Part shown: in pieces, positions 60,889 through 64,000 of the stretch
Position numbering within the stretch: the stretch's first letter is position 1
Layout: each line of letters opens with the position of its first letter
NCBI RefSeq assembly: GCF_963921235.1
Contig: NC_086097.1
Coordinates: 80,602,001-80,666,000, forward strand
Length of the DNA stretch: 64,000 nucleotides
Direction of reading: 5' to 3'
Source: Mobula hypostoma
Taxonomy: Eukaryota
Position numbers and translations under genes: made by a program
The notes under the pieces: model-generated
The model's database searches: none
The model's input: the letters and a program-made list of their open reading frames with translations, nothing else
What the model was told of the DNA's origin: nothing

Positions 60889-62394
60889 GCACTCCCATTC
60901 AATAACTGATCTGCAGACATTATCATTCAGACCCAGAGTTCATTCAGTCTCTCATGAATTGCAACGTATTTCATAGGACTCGCAAGCTTCATCAGCACAA
61001 ACAAATCCTTCACAGTTTAGAGAACATGAGAATACTTGGCCTGGGATTTTCAATTGTAGCGCAGAAAATACAATTTAAGTAAACTGTGAATGCTATTTTA
61101 AATCTTTGAAATTATTAAAGATTATTCAGAATGTTTATTACAATGGTTCAACAGCTCTGCATTCCAGAAATTATTTTGTATCTAGATCTAAAGATGCCTG
61201 TACAAGTGAATCACGCTGAACGATTCTTCACTACAAATATCTCAATGAATCCTAATTTGCTTACCTACAACAGATCAATCACCGTTTTTCCTGACAGAAC
61301 CTATACAATGGTTTATCATAGACTATTGAATTCCTAACAATTATTGTCAAAATCAACATTTTACACATTATTCTCATTTAAATTATCAAGGCCATGAAAT
61401 TACTTGACAGATATTACATAATTAATGCTTTTTTTTGCAGACAGTTTTGTGGAACATTTTCATTTAATGTTGCAGTACAACATCTAAAGTCAAAGGTGTT
61501 TCAATACAGTGTGAAATGTGTAATTATATATGTATGAATAATCAATTTGTTGTCCTAAATGAAAGATAAAATGGCCTCATTGTAACATGATGTTTCCCTG
61601 GCATTTGAAGTTGACTGATAGCAGTAACTGTTGTGCCTTGTTAGTCATCGATTCTCTCATCAACTGCTGCATGCAGAGAAAACAAAATCATTAATGCTTG
61701 ATCTGCTTGGCATGGTTCCTGGATAAACGTTTAAAATATGACTCTCCTTGTAACAATCTCACTCCTTATCTCTCACTTCTTAACTCTTTGTCGCAATGTA
61801 GTTACGTTCCTAGACTATGAATCTAAAAGCCTGGAATATAGAGAAAAAATTTAAATTCCAATTCAGCAGCTAAGGATTTTAAATTCAACGAACTAGGTAA
61901 TTATGGAATTTAAAGCTAACGACCACAAAGCTACTGGATTGTCATTAAAACCTCAGTTAGTGTGACAGTTAGTCATTACAACTACAAACTCACACTAATG
62001 TCCTTTGGGGAAAGGAATATGCCAACTTCAACTAGTTTGGTCAATGGGTGGCTCATAACTGCTTCGGAATTTATTCAACAAGGTTTTCTGCAGAAAGAAA
62101 GCTGGCTTACCCGAGGTTACCCAGTCCTGTGTATGAATAACTGAAGTATCTCTGCTTTTCACCTTCAGTCTGCTGCTCTCCCTCTACCTCTGCTCCATGC
62201 GATCCTGTTCTCCCTTTTGATTTCCCTCTCTTCCTTTTGGTATATTCTAATTTTCCTTCCCTATAAGATTCTGTGTCTGGCTTTTATTTTTGTCTCAGAG
62301 TTCTATTGTTGCTAAGAATTTGGCTGATCTTCTACTTGGTCCAGACCTGAATAACTACACCATCTGAGTTTCTGAAATCTATCACAGCCATGTG

Positions 62395-62870
62395 TTGTTG
62401 GGCTTTGCAGCCAGATTGTTGAGAACACAGCCCTACCTATCATGAAAACCAGCCTCACCTCCATTGACTCTATTTGTACTTCCTGCTGCCTCAGGAAAGC
62501 AGCCAAGAGAATCAAGGGACCATCCTAGCCCATTCTGTTGTCCTCCCCTCCCATTGGGCAAAAGAGGCAAAACTTGAGAACACATATCACCAGACTCAAG
62601 GACAACTTCTAACCTGCTGTTATAAAACTCTTGAATGGATTTCTTATGGTATAAAGATGAACTTTTGATCTTTCAGTCTGCCTTGTCTTGGCTGCTGAAC
62701 TTTGTCTATCCGCGCCGCACTTTCTTTGTAACAGCAGCATGATATTCTGCATTCCATCCTTCTTTTCTTTTGTATTACTTTGATATATTGATGTGTGGAA
62801 TAACCTGCCTGGATGGCACGCAGACAAAAGTTTTTCATTGTATCCTGGTTTAGCTGACAATAATAAACCA
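62395..62870 (+). mobile_element. Rex1/L2-type LINE 3' relic
   Basis: TGCAGCCAGATTGTTGAGAACACAGC...GCTGCCTCAGGAAAGCAGCCA...CCAGACTCAAGGACAACTTC...GACAATAATAAACCA. Confidence 0.65.
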
Positions 62871-62875
62871 AGCCC

Positions 62876-63970
62876 AAACAAGAGAAAATATGCAGTTGCT
62901 GGAAATCCGAGCAATACACACAAAATGCTGGAGGAATTCAGCAGGCCAGGCAGCATTTATGGAAAAAAGCACAGTCGATTCTTCAGACTGAGACCCTTCA
63001 GCAGGACTGGGGAGAATAAAGATGAGGAGTCAGAAGGAAAGTGGGGGGGAGGGAAAGAAGAACCACAAGGTGATAGGTGAACCCTGGAGGGGTGAAGTAA
63101 AGAGCTGGAAAGTTGTTTTTGTGAAAAAGATACAGGGCTGGAGAAGGACGAGTCTGATAGAGGACAGAAGGCCATGGAAAAAAAGAAAAGGGGGAGGAAC
63201 ACCAAAGGGAGGTGGTAGGCAGACAAGGACATAAGGTGAGAGAAGGAAATGGGAATGGCAATGATGAAGGGGGGGGCATTATCAGAAGTTTGAGAAATTG
63301 ATGTTCATGCCATCAGGTTGGAGGCTACACAGATGGAATACAAAGTGTGGCTCCTCCGGCCTGATTGTGGCCTCATCGCAACAGTAGAAGAGGCCGTGGA
63401 TGGATATGTTGGAATGGGAATGGGAAGTGGAATTAAAATGGGTGGCCATTGGGAGATCCCTCTTTTCAGATGGACAGATAGAGAGTAGATGCCCGGCAAA
63501 GTGGTATCCCAATCTGCGTTGGGTCTCATCGATATACAGGAGGCCACACCAGGAGCACTGGATACAGTATATGACTCCAACAGACCTCACTTGGAAGGAC
63601 TGTTTGCGGCCCTGAATGGTAGTGAGGGAGGAAGTGTAGGGGCAGGTGTAGCACTTGTTTCACTTGCAAGGATAAGTGCCAGGAGGGAGATCAGAAGAGA
63701 AGGATAAATAGACAAGCGAGTTGTGTAGGGAGCAATCCCTGCAGAAGGCAGCAAGTGGGGCAGTGGGGGGAGAGAAAGATGTGCTTGGTGGTGGAATCCT
63801 GCTGGAGATGGCAGAAATTATGGAGAATTATGTGCTGGATATGGAGGCTGGTGGGGTGGTACATGAGGACAAGAGGAACTCTCTATCCCTGGTGGGATGG
63901 CAGGAGGATGGGGTGAGTGCAGGTGTGCGCAAGATAGAAGAGATGCGGTTGAAGGCAGCTTTGATGGTGC
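62876..63970 (-). mobile_element. PLE, 5'-truncated (RT thumb, GIY-YIG and 3' end with degenerate hammerhead at 62972-63009)
   Basis: ORF 63282-63590 GVIYCIQCSWCGLLYIDETQRRLG...LQPDGMNINFSNF; colinear with ~25900-27033. Confidence 0.92.
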
Positions 63971-64000
63971 AATGAACCATCTGCAGAAATGTTGAGTGCA

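Overview
This is eukaryotic, repeat-dominated DNA, not a prokaryotic locus. The repeat repertoire (CR1/HER1-type LINEs with SGNH-esterase ORF1, a V-domain SINE, Neptune-type Penelope-like elements) points to a cartilaginous fish, probably a ray; that assignment is inference. I recognise no host protein-coding gene, rRNA, true tRNA gene or CRISPR array, so the window looks intronic or intergenic. It is a stack of nested transposons: a Tc1 deletion derivative, two decayed Gypsy elements, two solo-LTR-like insertions with 5-bp TSDs, many CR1 and Rex1/L2-type LINEs, an RTE 3' end, two tRNA-derived SINEs and about ten Penelope-like element (PLE) pieces. The main points of interest are: (i) minimal type-I hammerhead ribozyme motifs in the PLE 3' ends, one intact with a palindromic stem III; (ii) a 487-aa open frame fusing a CR1 endonuclease fragment to a PLE RT/GIY-YIG; (iii) a tRNA/CORE-like SINE whose tail matches the RTE LINE 3.4 kb away; (iv) a 334-bp fold-back insertion with a 9-bp TSD; (v) a young local duplication crossing a TE/unique junction. 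Most belong to known classes, so any novelty is at family or locus level. Coordinates were read by eye; boundaries of old relics are approximate.
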